Position numbers and translations under genes: made by a program. Source: the human T2T-CHM13v2.0 reference genome, Homo sapiens. Taken from it: a DNA stretch of 64,000 bases. Below are positions 39,387 through 52,900 of this stretch, one piece after another. How positions within the stretch are numbered: position 1 is the stretch's first letter; each line of letters opens with the position of its first letter. The notes below the pieces were generated by a model. That model saw only the letters and a list, made by a program, of their open reading frames with translations. It was not told the origin of the DNA and did not search any database. The stretch is from NCBI RefSeq assembly GCF_009914755.1, contig NC_060930.1, one strand, 5' to 3'.

Positions 39387-40509
39387 CTAAAGTAAAATAG
39401 AGAAAGCTTAGTTGTATTCCTGTAGCCCTGGTGGGCGTGTGGCCACATCTCAGGATTGATTCTGACTTGAATTCACTGCCACCCTCCAGGAAATGGTAAT
39501 TTCCAGTACCTCCTTACTCACCCCAGGGACTCAATGATCTCTCCTTTTTCAGCCAAGGAAATGAGGTTTGCTGGGGCGAGGTTCCCTGCACCTGCTGGTG
39601 CCCCGTCACCTCCTATTTGCCTCATTTTCCCTTTCTCTTCATGGCCTCCCTCTCCTCCTCATTACAACCACAGTCTCACCTACACGCTGTTAATTTTTAA
39701 AAATCGGGCCCTATTGACAAAAATAAGGGAATTCACAACATGGGTTGTGCATCAATGGGGCCCCTGCTGGTTTCCCTCCTCCTGCTTCTGCCAGCAGACC
39801 CACGGTTTTGGTTTCTGTGGAAGGGCCAGAGGAGCAGGAATTGGTTAAACAGTGATCAATCACACTGACCAATCCGTATCCTGAGGCGCATAAGCTGCAC
39901 TGCCCGAGGGTGTTTCACCCACCCTCTGTTGCCCTGGACTGCCTGGGGCGCCGCACCAGCCACTGTTGGGAAGGCTCCAGCGCTACCTTCCCTGGGGCTG
40001 GGACAGGTTGACTTTGTCACTGGTGCAGTTTGTCATGATGCAGGCTCTGCTGGCCGCTGGTCAGGGTACCTCGTCATGAGCCCCACTGACGCACGCATGC
40101 CCCACACTTGCTCCTCCTTTTAGCCACCCGCCCTCCTTCCTGAGGGACCAAGCGACCTCACAGCAAAGGCAGCGGTGCAGCAGCATGCCCAGAGAGATGG
40201 GCAGGTCCTGAGACCCGGGAGCCCCCTCAGGGGCCCTCCCAAGGGCAGCCTGTGTTTGAACAAAGCAGTGCCCTGTCCAAATAACAACAAGGAAGAGTGA
40301 GCACAGAAGGTGAAGCCCTGGAGCCCAGGGCAGCTTCCTGAGTTCCCATGACAGGAAGCATGGGGAGCAAAACTAACAAAGCTGCTCTGGAGTCCTCGCT
40401 CCAAGACGCAGGGCTTCTAGACCACCCACACCTCCTGGCAGGCCCTGGGGGATGTCTGGCGGGCTGGGAGGTCAGCTCTGCCCTCTGCTTAACCCAGTTC
40501 CTCACCCCT

Positions 40510-41730
40510 GCACCCAGAGCACACCTGTCCTGACCTCATCCCCCACCACACCTGTCCTGTCCTCATGCCCCAACACACCTGTCCTGTCTCTCATCCCCAA
40601 CACACCTGTCCTGTCCCCATCCCCCAGCACACCTCTCATGTCCCCATCCCCCAGCACACCTGTCCTGTCCTTCATGCCCCAGCACACCTGTCCTGTCCTC
40701 ATCCCCAGCACACCTGTCCTATCCCTCATGCCTCAGCACATCTGTCCTGTCCCCATCCCCCAGCACACCTGTCCTGTCCCCATCCCCAGCACACCTGTCC
40801 TGTCCCTCATGCCTCAGCACACCTGTCCTGTCCCCATCCCCAGCACACCTGTCCTGTCCCTCATGCCTCAGCACACCTGTCCTGTCCCCATCCCCAGCAC
40901 ACCTGTCCTGTCCCTCATGCCCCAGCACACCTGTCATGTCCCCATCCCCCAGCACACCTGTCCTGTCCTCATCCCCCAGCACACCTGTCCTGTCCCCATC
41001 CCCCAGCACACCTGTCCTGTCCTCATCCCCCAGCACACCTGTCCTGTCCCCATCCCCCAGCACACCTGTCATGTCCTCATCCCCCAGCACACCTGTCCTG
41101 TCCCTCATGCCTCAGCACGCTTATCCTGTCCCCATCCCCCAGCATACCTGTCCTGTCCTCATCCCCTAGCACACCTGACCTGTCCCCATCCCCCAGCATA
41201 CCTGTCCTGTCCTCATCCCCAGCACACCTGTCCTGTCCTCATCCCCTAGCACACCTGACCTGTCCCCATCCCCCAGCACACCTGTACTGTCCCCATCCCC
41301 CAGCACACCTGTCCTGTCCTCATCCCCAGCACACCTGGCCTGTCCTCATCCCTCAGCACACCTGTCCTGTCCCCATCCCCCAGCACACCTGTCCTGTCCC
41401 TCATGCCCCAGCACACCTGTCCTGTCCCTCATGCCTCAGCACACCTGTCCTGTCCCCATCCCCCAGCACACCTGTCCCATCCCTCATGCCCCAGCACACC
41501 TGTCCTGTCCCTTACCCCCAGCACACCCGTCCTGTGCCCATCCCCCAGCACACCCGTCCTGTCCCCATCCCCCAGCACACCCGTCCTGTCCCCATCCCCC
41601 AGCACACCCGTCCTGTCCCCATCCCCCAGCACACCCGTCCTGTGCCCATCCCCCAGCACACCCGTCCTGTGCCCATCCCCCAGCACACCCGTCCTGTCCT
41701 CATCCCCCAGCACACCTGTCTTATTCCTCA
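40510..41730. repeat. 26/27-bp C-rich minisatellite CCCCAGCACACCTGTCCTGTCCCCATC, ~45 units
   Basis: Directly visible. Confidence 0.98.
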
Positions 41731-41856
41731 CCTCCTGCTCACATAGTAGGCCTGGCCATGGGCTCTGGTAGTTTCATACATTTTTTTTTCATAGCTCCAG
41801 GTACTCCTCCCTTATACTGAGAAGCTGCACTAGTCAACCTCACCCAGACAGATTCA

Positions 41857-42270
<414 letters not shown>

Positions 42271-43509
42271 TCAGAGCGGGAAGCCTCTGGGGACAGGAAC
42301 GCTTCGGTGTCCCCGTCATACCCTTCTGGCGGTTTCCAAGGAACAGATACAGCATCTCAGAGAAGGGTGTCACAGTGAGGGTTCCCCCGCCTTGCTCGTC
42401 CACATTCCAGCTTCCTGGCAAGCCTCCCTGGCCAGGTTTCTCACCTGCCTGGTGGGGGCTGGGCAGGCGACTTCTAAGCTCTGTGGGCTGAGCCCCCCAG
42501 GCCTGTGGTTCGGGTGCTGCCCTGCACACCGGGCGAGGCAGCCCGGACGGAGCCCAGCACAACCCAGACACTCCTGGCAGGAGGTGGTGGATCTCACATC
42601 TCTCTCTGCCCGCTGCCCTGCTGGGAATGGAGTGGGTCTCCCTTGGGAAAGCAGGGCTGTGCCAGAAGGGATGGGTGGAAGTGGGAACGTCAGAGCCAAG
42701 GGACTCTGGAGTTGGTCCTGGCCAGTCCTGCATGAGGTGCTGGGTCAGGGAAGCCAGAGCCAGTGACTTGCAAGAGCCCCGCGGGTGGTGGGGTCTCTCC
42801 AGCCTGTGTGTGGGAACACAGTGACGGAGGCCACGTGGGGCCCCGTGGGTCGTGGGTCACTCCAGCCTGTGTGTGGTGTCACAGTGACGGAGGCCACGTC
42901 CACAGGGCCCAGGCTTGGTGTGGCTGGGTCATATCTGCACTGGGCCCTGATCCACAGGGAATCTGAGCAGGCTGAAAGAGCCTCTGAATTAGCAAATGGG
43001 TGAATCCACTCACACCCAGCCTAGAGAGGCGTCGACTCTAGCAGTGGGCAAGGGGTTCATGAAGGGATCAGTGGCACAGTGGATTCATCAACAGATGACT
43101 CACAACTAAGCTTTGTGCTTTTGGTTTCACCTCACATACCAGATTGCCCCCCGCATCCCCTCTTCTGGGGCCTGCCCCCTCTGGAGAGCCTCGCCTCCCC
43201 CTGCCCCTCCTGCTGCCGCTTATGTCTGAGAGGCAGCATTCTGAGGACTCTTCCTCGGACTCTGTCCTGGGGCCTGTACCTTCCTCCTGTTCTCACGGCC
43301 TCCATTCGGGTCCAGGCCCTGCACAAGGCTCACCTGGGCTCTGGAAAGCCTTAATTTCCTCCTTCAATCTTTCTCCTACCTCCAGGTCAGCACAGCTAAG
43401 ACCTCAGAGTGCAGGGCTCAGGTCAGAGCTGGGGCTGCTCCGTGGTCACTGTAACCTCAAACCCTCCATGGCTCCGCACAGCCTAATACACAGAGTGCAA
43501 AATCCGTCT

Positions 43510-43925
43510 ACCTGGGTAGAAGGCAGACGTTCCCCAAAATTCATGCATTGAAGTCCAACCCCCAGTGCCTGGGAATGTGTCCTGATTTGGGAAAAGGGCC
43601 ATTGCGGCTGGGCTTAGCTGAGGGACGGTCACCCTGAAGTATGTGGGCCTAGTCCAATATGACGGTGTCCTCAGAGGCACAGAGACAGGTGCATGGGGGA
43701 TGACGGCTGCGTGGCCATGGAGAGAGAGATGGGGGAAGGACCACTGGCAACCACTGAAGCCAGAGAGAGGCCTGAGCAGAGCCTCCCTCACAGCCCCACA
43801 AGGAGCCAGCCCTGTGGCACCTGGACCTGGGGCTTCTGGCTTCGAGACTGTGAGACGACCCACATCTGTTTGCTGGGCTGCCCCGTCAACAGTCTCCTGT
43901 TCGGTCCCAGGACGCTGGTGACACC
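43510..43925 (+). mobile_element. MaLR MLT1 (MLT1B-like) LTR
   Basis: ccccaaaattcatgcattgaagtcc...gaatgtgtcctgatttgg...tccaatatgacggtgtcct...gagactgtgaga. Confidence 0.75.
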
Positions 43926-44429
43926 TCCCCATCAGTTCCCTGCACAGCACAGCTGAGTCAGTCCCTGGCTTCGGAATATGTTTGTGTATTTCCCCGGGCC
44001 AGGCTCCAGGTTTTCCTGTCTTTTTCTCCACCGGTCAAGATCCTAATCACCCTTATGGCCTTGTCCAGCGGCTCCAAATCCCCCAGGCAGGCATTCTCCT
44101 TTCATTCCTACCGGGAATGAGCGCCTCTCGTTTGGGCCCCATCTGCCTGATTTTGCAGGTGTGTCTCTTCTTTCACTTCCTTCCCTCTCACTCCTGACTG
44201 CCTCACTCATTGAACCCTCAGGACCTTTGGGCACAACCATCACACTGTGTTGGGCGCTGGGCACAGGAGATGAGGACCAGGTCGCACCTTCAGGGTTGCT
44301 CTGAAGGGAAAGGCAAAAGCGCACAGAAATGTAACCAGAATGTGGGCAGGCCCCTCTAGTCGGCCCTCCAGCCCTCCCCTCCCCGCCTGCTGCTCCAGCC
44401 GCAGCTTCCCACCCTCAGGAGCCATTGGG

Positions 44430-44772
44430 GGTGTCCCCACACCTGTGTCCACTCCTAGAGCCCATCGGAGGGCCCAGGGTGGGATTCGCGATGGTCAGAA
44501 TCATACACCCAGCGTCACATGCTGGAGCCCTCACTCCTGTTTCCATCTGAGGAGGTGACAATGAGAAGTTTCCATCTGCACACTGGGAAGAGGGTCCTCC
44601 CTAGTAACCACACCTGGCACTGTGATTCAGGACCTGCAGCCTGTGATTCAGGGACCTGCCACTGTGATTCAGGGAGCTGCAGCATCCGAAGCTGTGAGGG
44701 ATCTTCGTAACTACTCATCGTTTGGGCCACCCAGTCTGTGGCTTCATCACAACAGCCAGAGCTGACAAAGGC
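44430..44772 (+). mobile_element. MaLR MLT1A-like LTR with internal ~20-bp triplication
   Basis: ccatctgaggag...gaagagggtcctccc...gccacccagtctgtgg...cagccagagctgacaaag; ctgtgattcagg x3. Confidence 0.6.
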
Positions 44773-45144
44773 GGGACTGGGGAGAGCATCCTCACAGGGA
44801 CCAGACACCCAGGGTCGTGTGGACATCTGGATGGGGTCCAGAAGCTGAATGGTGGGCGCCATGGATAAGCCATTCTGAATGTAGAGACAGGTGCAGAAGG
44901 ACTTGGGGATGCAGCCGGCAGCATGACACACTCCTCCCGGGAAGGTAGCAGCCGCAGAGTGAGGGAGCCCCTGGCTCTGGGCTCAGCATGGCCTCTGCAC
45001 CCTGCTTGACCCCTCAGCTGTGCTGTCTCAGGCCCGTGGCCTCAGGTAGGTGTTCTAGGAGCCCCCAGCTCTGGGCTTAGCACGGCCTCTGCACCCTGCT
45101 TGACCCATCGGCTGTGCCATCTCAGGCCCGTGGCCTCAGGCATG

Positions 45145-45505
45145 AGTTCTAGGGCCAATCTCACAAAGTCCCACAAACCAAGGAACAAATCAATGGCAGG
45201 AATGTATCCTCTCATGGTTCTGGAGGCCAGAAATCCAAGATCAAGGTGCCAGCAGGGCCAGGCTCCCTCGGAAGGCGCCAGAGAGGGACTGACTCCAGGC
45301 CTCTCCTGTTTTGAGAACGTCCTCCACCTGTGGCCCGTGAGCATAACACCAGTCACTACACGGTGTCTCCGCATTCCCTCCTCTCAGGAGGACACGGGTC
45401 ATGTTGGATGAGGGAGCACAGTGCTGACCTCGTTTTGACGTGATTACCTGTGTGAAGATGTCATCTCCACATAAAGCCCCATTCGGAGTCACCAGGGTTG
45501 GGACT
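45145..45505 (-). mobile_element. MaLR MLT1 LTR
   Basis: ctcatggttctggaggccagaaatccaagatcaaggtgccagcagggcca...aggacacgggtcatgttggat. Confidence 0.72.
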
Positions 45506-45984
45506 CACTCCAGCTCACCTGGGAGACCTCGGCTGGCAGCAAGCACTGGTCACCAGTAACAACGGCCTCTACGTCTTAAGATTGTAACAAGCATTTGATA
45601 AGAAAGGAAAGTGAAGTACTGGACTCTTTTCTGAACACAGGATATGAACAATTCTCTCAGAGATGCACCCAGACCCACCCGGCTTCTGCCTGCGGGCAGC
45701 ACTTCCGAGCTGCAAACTCCCGCCCGGTCACCAGGAGAAAAGCCCCCAGCAGCTAAGCTGCAGACCCCGGCTGACCAGGCCCACAGCAGACACGAACCTG
45801 ACCGGCCTCCTTTAATCTAACGTCCAATAACTGGACTCTCAATGTCTCCCTCGGGGGCATCTGGCTAACAAGCTCTCAACAACGTGGTCACTCCCATATG
45901 GCACAGCCATGGAAATGAAAATTAATCGCAGGCCAGGATGCGCATGTAAAGGCGAACAGGTCGGAGGGAACAGATGTGTCTTAC

Positions 45985-46442
45985 ACCAAAATGGATATAG
46001 CGAAAAGACAGGCTGACAACGAGCCAGGGAAAGGTGAACAGACCCATTTTCTAAACAACATGATTAAAGGTTCTTCAGCCAGAACTCCAGAACGCCTACG
46101 TGGGAACGTTTCCTGCCGAAATGGAAACATCTCACAAAGAGTGGACACAGTCCTGTCCAGATCCAGCCCCGGATACTGCCTGGTCAATAAAAACCCCTGA
46201 TGTGCACAACCGATTGAGTCAGAGCAAATAAAGTGAGTTATGGAAGCCAACTGACGGATGCTCTGAGGGCAGTCGAGCAGACAGAGCTCCAGAAGGAGTG
46301 CGGTCCAGCTCACCCTGGAGGCCTCAGGGCTCAGCCGCCCACGGCCAGAGGTGAGCACATCACAACGTCCTGGACGGTGCCCTCCTCCAGGGACCCTTCC
46401 AGCAAATCATGGAACCCATGAGGTTATCGGATGCCTGTAGCC
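45985..46442 (-). pseudogene. Two putative exons, 46314-46442 (129 nt) and 45985-46112 (128 nt)
   Basis: ctttgtgttaccag|...CAGG|gtgagc and ccatttcggcag|...TGGT|gtaaga; joining frame ATGIR*PHGFHDLLEGSLEEGTVQDVVMCSPLAVGG*ALRPPGKRSHVGVLEFWLKNL*SCCLENGSVHLSLARCQPVFSLYPFW. Confidence 0.55.
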
Positions 46443-47899
46443 CTGGTAACACAAAGATATTTATACCACCCCCATCAGTACATGCTGCCACATTGCAAGT
46501 TGCAAACCCATTTTTGTTTTCAGTTATGCTCATACAGATTCATCTCCAAATGGGCAGGAGCTTTGGGATTTTTTTCTAACAGCAGAAATTGATATGTTCA
46601 TCCATTTTATTCTGCTGTCTGATGTCCTGTGATCAGTAAAGTGCATTTTTCAGGCAACTGACTGAGGTCAGAAATGTCAGCTGCAGAACAGAGGGAATGT
46701 ATCCGCCTTACAGTGCATTCAAGATGTTACAGGAAATGAATAAATGCTAATTCACGCACCCAAAACAATGAATATTCAATTTTATACTTTAACCCAGGAA
46801 TAGACTACGAACTTCCTCCAGAGTGCTGTATCTGGGGCTTGTATTTCCAGAGAGAGGAGTGATGCGCTTGAACCCTGGACCTGACTATGGGCTACAGTCA
46901 CAGGCACATTCTGCCACCATCCTGTTCTGCACCAGACGGGTTTACCCTGGCAGCGACTTTCCCTGGTAACTATGTCAGGAAATACTGCGCATTGGGTTAA
47001 TCTTGGGGGGGGAGCAAAGAAAGCTTGCTCTCCCATCTTTTGTGGAGGGATTTAGCAAAGCCAAAGAATGTGGCTTCTTGGTATCTGACAAGTTTTTAAC
47101 CAGGTACAAGAGGGAGATACTTGTTATTTATAGTTATAATTGTCTTCTATGAAGATGGTTTCCAGGGTCTCTGCAAAGAGTGGGCGGTGGTTTTGTTAGG
47201 TGGACCCCCTAATAAACCCTGTTGATAAATGAATGCAGTTAGGGAGCCTGGTCTGAAGTGTCGGCTGGAGAGACTTGAGTTGTTATGTGCAAGGGAGTCA
47301 GAAGCATTTGGAATTCCTGTGTAGTGTTAGAGAGGGAGGTGTCAGCAGGTGAGGGAGAGGGAAAGATAGGGAGATGGATGGGCAAAGCTTGGGTGTTCTG
47401 TGTAGAGACTTGGAGAAGGTGAGAAATCCCTGGGATTAGGATTCTAGGAACTTGGGGTTCAAGATGGTGGACAAAATACATCCACTCAGCACCCGCTGTG
47501 CCCAGGGCCCATTCCATTGTAGTTCAGTTGTAAAGAAGGGAATAAAATCATAAAAGCAATGAGGACAGGAGGGAGAACCAAGGGCAGATCAGGGAGTTTG
47601 ACTGAAGTTGGGGAGATGAAAAGATGAGACAGAGTGTCAGGTGGATGAGTAAGTCAAGCAGAGGACACAACATCTCAGAAAACACCAGGGGTCAGGGAGG
47701 GGCAATGGGGCAAACACAGCTGGCTCCCTGGAAGACTAAGGAAGGGCAGGTCCTCTAGGCCAGAAGAGGAGAATTCCATGAGAAACTGACGCACTGTCCT
47801 TAGGAGAGTACAGCTTCTCTGTGCATGCCAGTGCGTGAGAAAGGCAGATGCCTCACTGACCTGGCCTTTCGCTCCCAAATACAAATTAACAACCAAGGG

Positions 47900-49150
<1,251 letters not shown>

Positions 49151-49389
49151 TCCAGGAATTCAGTGGTGAAGAGACCAGGAGGATAGCTGGGCAGGGATCC
49201 TAGAAATCAGTTTGGAAGAGGCAGTCAGAGCCCCTGGAAGACACTCTTCAAAGAGGAAGCACATTCCGTCCAAGAAGCTTCATGATGGAAGACCCAGAGG
49301 AACAGGGCTATGTGAGGAAGGCATGTGCTGTCTGCAAGAAACCAAGAGAAAACAAATAACTAGTTGGAAACCCTGAGAAAACAACTACA

Positions 49390-49966
49390 AAATACTCACC
49401 ATCCACATGCATTGGCTCCCATCCCCTCTGGCCCTTCTCCAGCCCCTGCCCCTCATTGCTTCCTCTCCGCTGGATTTTTTCCATGGCCATAAAAATATGC
49501 TGTTTTCCTCCTATCTCCAAAAAAACCCCTCCCACTTGACTTCACTTTCTCCCTCATTTAGTGCCCTGTTTCTCTGTTGGTGTTTATATCAGAACCCCCC
49601 AACATGCTCCCTCCACTTGCTGTGTGCCTTTCCTCCTGGCTCCTCTTGAATCCACTCTTCTGCCCCCTCACCGATGCTGGTAATGACAAGGTCCCAGGCA
49701 CCTCTCCATTACTAAAAGCAACTGTGCGTTCTTCATGTTCCTCTTCCCAGATCTACCAGCAGCATGTAGCACAACCTCACCCTCATCTTTAAAATCCTTC
49801 CTTCCTGTAACACCTGAGGCCCCCACTTTCTGGCATTCATCCTGCCTCATGTTTCTTCCTTAGTCTTATTCTGCCCCAACATCACCCAACTCGTAACATG
49901 GGAGTAGCACGTGGCCCCGGGCTTGGACTTTCTTGTTGTCCTGTCTTCTTCCACTTCCTTGCTGAT
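49390..49966 (+). mobile_element. L2 fragment left of the ERVL insertion
   Basis: Pyrimidine-rich L2 phrases (cagatctaccagcagcatgtagcaca...tctttaaaatccttccttc). Confidence 0.55.
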
Positions 49967-52900
49967 TGAATTAGGCAGAGTTCTCCAGAGAAATAAAACC
50001 AATAGGATGGATGCATAGATAGATGATAAATAGATAGAGATAGAGATAGATGGAGAGATATCTGTTACAAAAAATTAGCTCATGTGATTATAGAGGCTGA
50101 GAAGTCCCATGATCTGCAGCTGTTACGCTGGAGACCCAGGAGATCCCAGGCTTCAGTTCCAGTCTGAAGGTAGCAGGCTTGAGGCCCCAGTAGAGCTGGT
50201 GTTTCCATTTCAGACCAAGGGCAGGAAAAGACCACTGTCCCAGCTCCACAGAGAGGCAGGAGGAGGTCCCTATTCTTTGGCTTTTTTGTTATGTTCAGAC
50301 TACCAACTGCTTGAGTGAGGCCCACTCACATTGGGGAGGGCAATCGGTGAGTTCAGTCCACCATTCAAATGTTCATCTCATCCAAAACACCCTCAGAGAC
50401 ACATCTGGAAATAACACTCAATGAAATGTCTGGGCACCCCATGGCCCAGTCAAGTTAATGTAAAATTAGCCACAACAATCCACTTCTTGTCAACGTGGCA
50501 CCCGTACACATCTCCTCAAAGCATACTTAATCTCAAAATGAAGATAATCATAAGGTCATAATTCTGCCTATCATGATATAACTGTCCTGAGTACAACCAA
50601 AAATGCACTAGCTCCTTCCCGCAAAAGAAAGCAAAGTCCTTGGATGATGTTTTTGCTTCTATTTGATATCCCATGATTTAAATAGTATAATGTAAAATGA
50701 ACAATACTTAATACTATGATATAAAGTCAATTCATCATCTGTTACATAAGGTAATGAGAGAAGAGAAAACATATATATATACACATATATATAAATTAAT
50801 CTTATTAAGGTCATAAGGAAAAATTATGACCTTATTATTGTCTTTATTTTGAGATTAAGTATGATTTCAGGAGATGTGTATGGGTGCCAAGTTGACAAGA
50901 GTTGGACTTGTGGATAATTTTATGCATCTACTTGACTGGGCCATTCATACACACACACCACACACACACTCTCAAACACACTCTCACACACATTCACATA
51001 CACACACACTCACACTCATAACAAAATAAGGATAAAATCCTCATGAGGAGTACAGCCCTTTTTCCTGTAACTGGTCCCATGGTCATAGCTGGTATTTACA
51101 ACACGTCACTGGTAACTGATCCCATGGTTATAGCTGGTATTTACAATGACTTTCTTCTACTACCCACTCTGTGTTCCCTTTGCTGTTAGCAAGCACCTCA
51201 GCTGCTCATGGTTCTTTACCTATAGACTATCTTCATTCTTGAAGGTTCTGGGCCATTTGTAGTCCTACCTGGATTAGGTTGAGTTTTCCACTGACCTTAA
51301 TCACAGGGCAGGGTAATACTAAGATACAGCCTCAGAAATCTCCTGTATTCCAGACACACTCTTGCTTACCTCCACTGTGGAGTAGTATAGGCCAATTTCT
51401 TCTTAGAAGCCAGGATCCATCACCCCAGCTGCACAGGGACTCTCTTCTTTGCATATGGATTCAGAAGCAGAAGGAGCCCGAAGTTGCAGAGCATTGGTCT
51501 TAACTTCCAGTTCAATGGAATCAGTGCTGTGTCTGCCGGTGGAAGCATGCCTTTCTTTGCATTCTTTGTCTTAACTTCCAGTCCAGTGGGATTAGTGCTG
51601 TGTCTCCTGGTGGAAACATGCCTTTCTTTGTATTCTTTGTAACTAGGACCTCTAGGTTAGCAGAGCATAAAGTTGGAAGCAAAAATGTTGTCAATGGGTC
51701 ACTAGGGGTGATAGGGAGTGCCACTCCTATTTCCACCTCTTGATTCCTGGAGCATGATTATGGCTCTAGGAGAAAGGGTGCCATTATTGGACACAGATTC
51801 AGAACACACACAGCCTTCTGGAGAACCCTGCCCCAGCCCACAGGGTACTGCCACCTAGCTGATGCTGTAACTGCATCTTCTAAAGCCATTCCGTGGTTCC
51901 ATCAAGCCAGCTGCCTCAGGATGGTAGAGAACACAGTAAGACCCTGAATTCCAGGAGCATGGGCCCATCGTTATACTTCTTTTGTTGTGAAGTGAGTTCC
52001 TTGATCAGAAGCAATGCTGTATTCTGTAAGCTCATGGATGGTAGGTTTGGCAGAAGTGTTGCATTCAGGGAAGGAAGATGCAAACCTAGAGTATCTATTC
52101 AAATAAAGACAAAATACTGCCCCTTCCATGATGGAATCGATCCAATGTAATCCCACCCCAAGTAGCTGACTGATCACCCTGGGAGTGGTGCCACATTGGG
52201 GGCTCAGTGTTGCTCTCTGCTGCTAGCAGATTGGCCACGCAATGGCTGTTGCAGTGAGCAAAAGTCCGTGTCACTGAGCCCATGCATATCCTCCATCCCT
52301 GCCATCAAGGCCACTTGGTTCCTGAGCCCAATAAATAATGACAGTGGGGACTGGGGAAAGAGGCTGAGTGGTATCCACACGACGGTCATCCTAGCCACTT
52401 GATTACTAAACTCCTACTCTGCTGAGGTCACCCTTTGGTGAGTGTTCACATGTGATGCAAATGTCTTCATGGTTATTTTTTTGCCCACTAAGAGAGGTTT
52501 ATGCACATATCTTTCCCCTAAATTCTCTTGTTCCCAATTTTCTAATCATGTTCCTTCCAAGTTCCTGACCATCCAGCCACACCATTGGCTACAGCCCATA
52601 CACGGATATGTAAGCATACATCTAGAATTTCTCCTTCTAGGCAAAGTGCACAACCAGATGCACTGCCTGGAGTTCTGCTGACCAGGCAGGTTTCCCTTCA
52701 CCATGTGCTTCAGGGACGTCCCCGAAAGGGGCTGCAGTGCTGCTGTCGACTTGTGGGTGATGCCTCTGTGTAGTGCAGAACCATCTGGAAGCCAGGCTCT
52801 AGCCTTGCTTTCTCTGTCAAATGATCACAGGGAACTCTCAGTGGGGACACAGGTGCAGGCTGAGACAGAAGGCAGGGGAGCAGGGGTGGAGACTGTGGGC

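Noticed and set aside
40452-41820. His/Cys/Pro repeat ORFs (up to 393 aa) resembling metal-binding proteins
   Set aside because: 26/27-bp VNTR; unit length changes shift the frame repeatedly.
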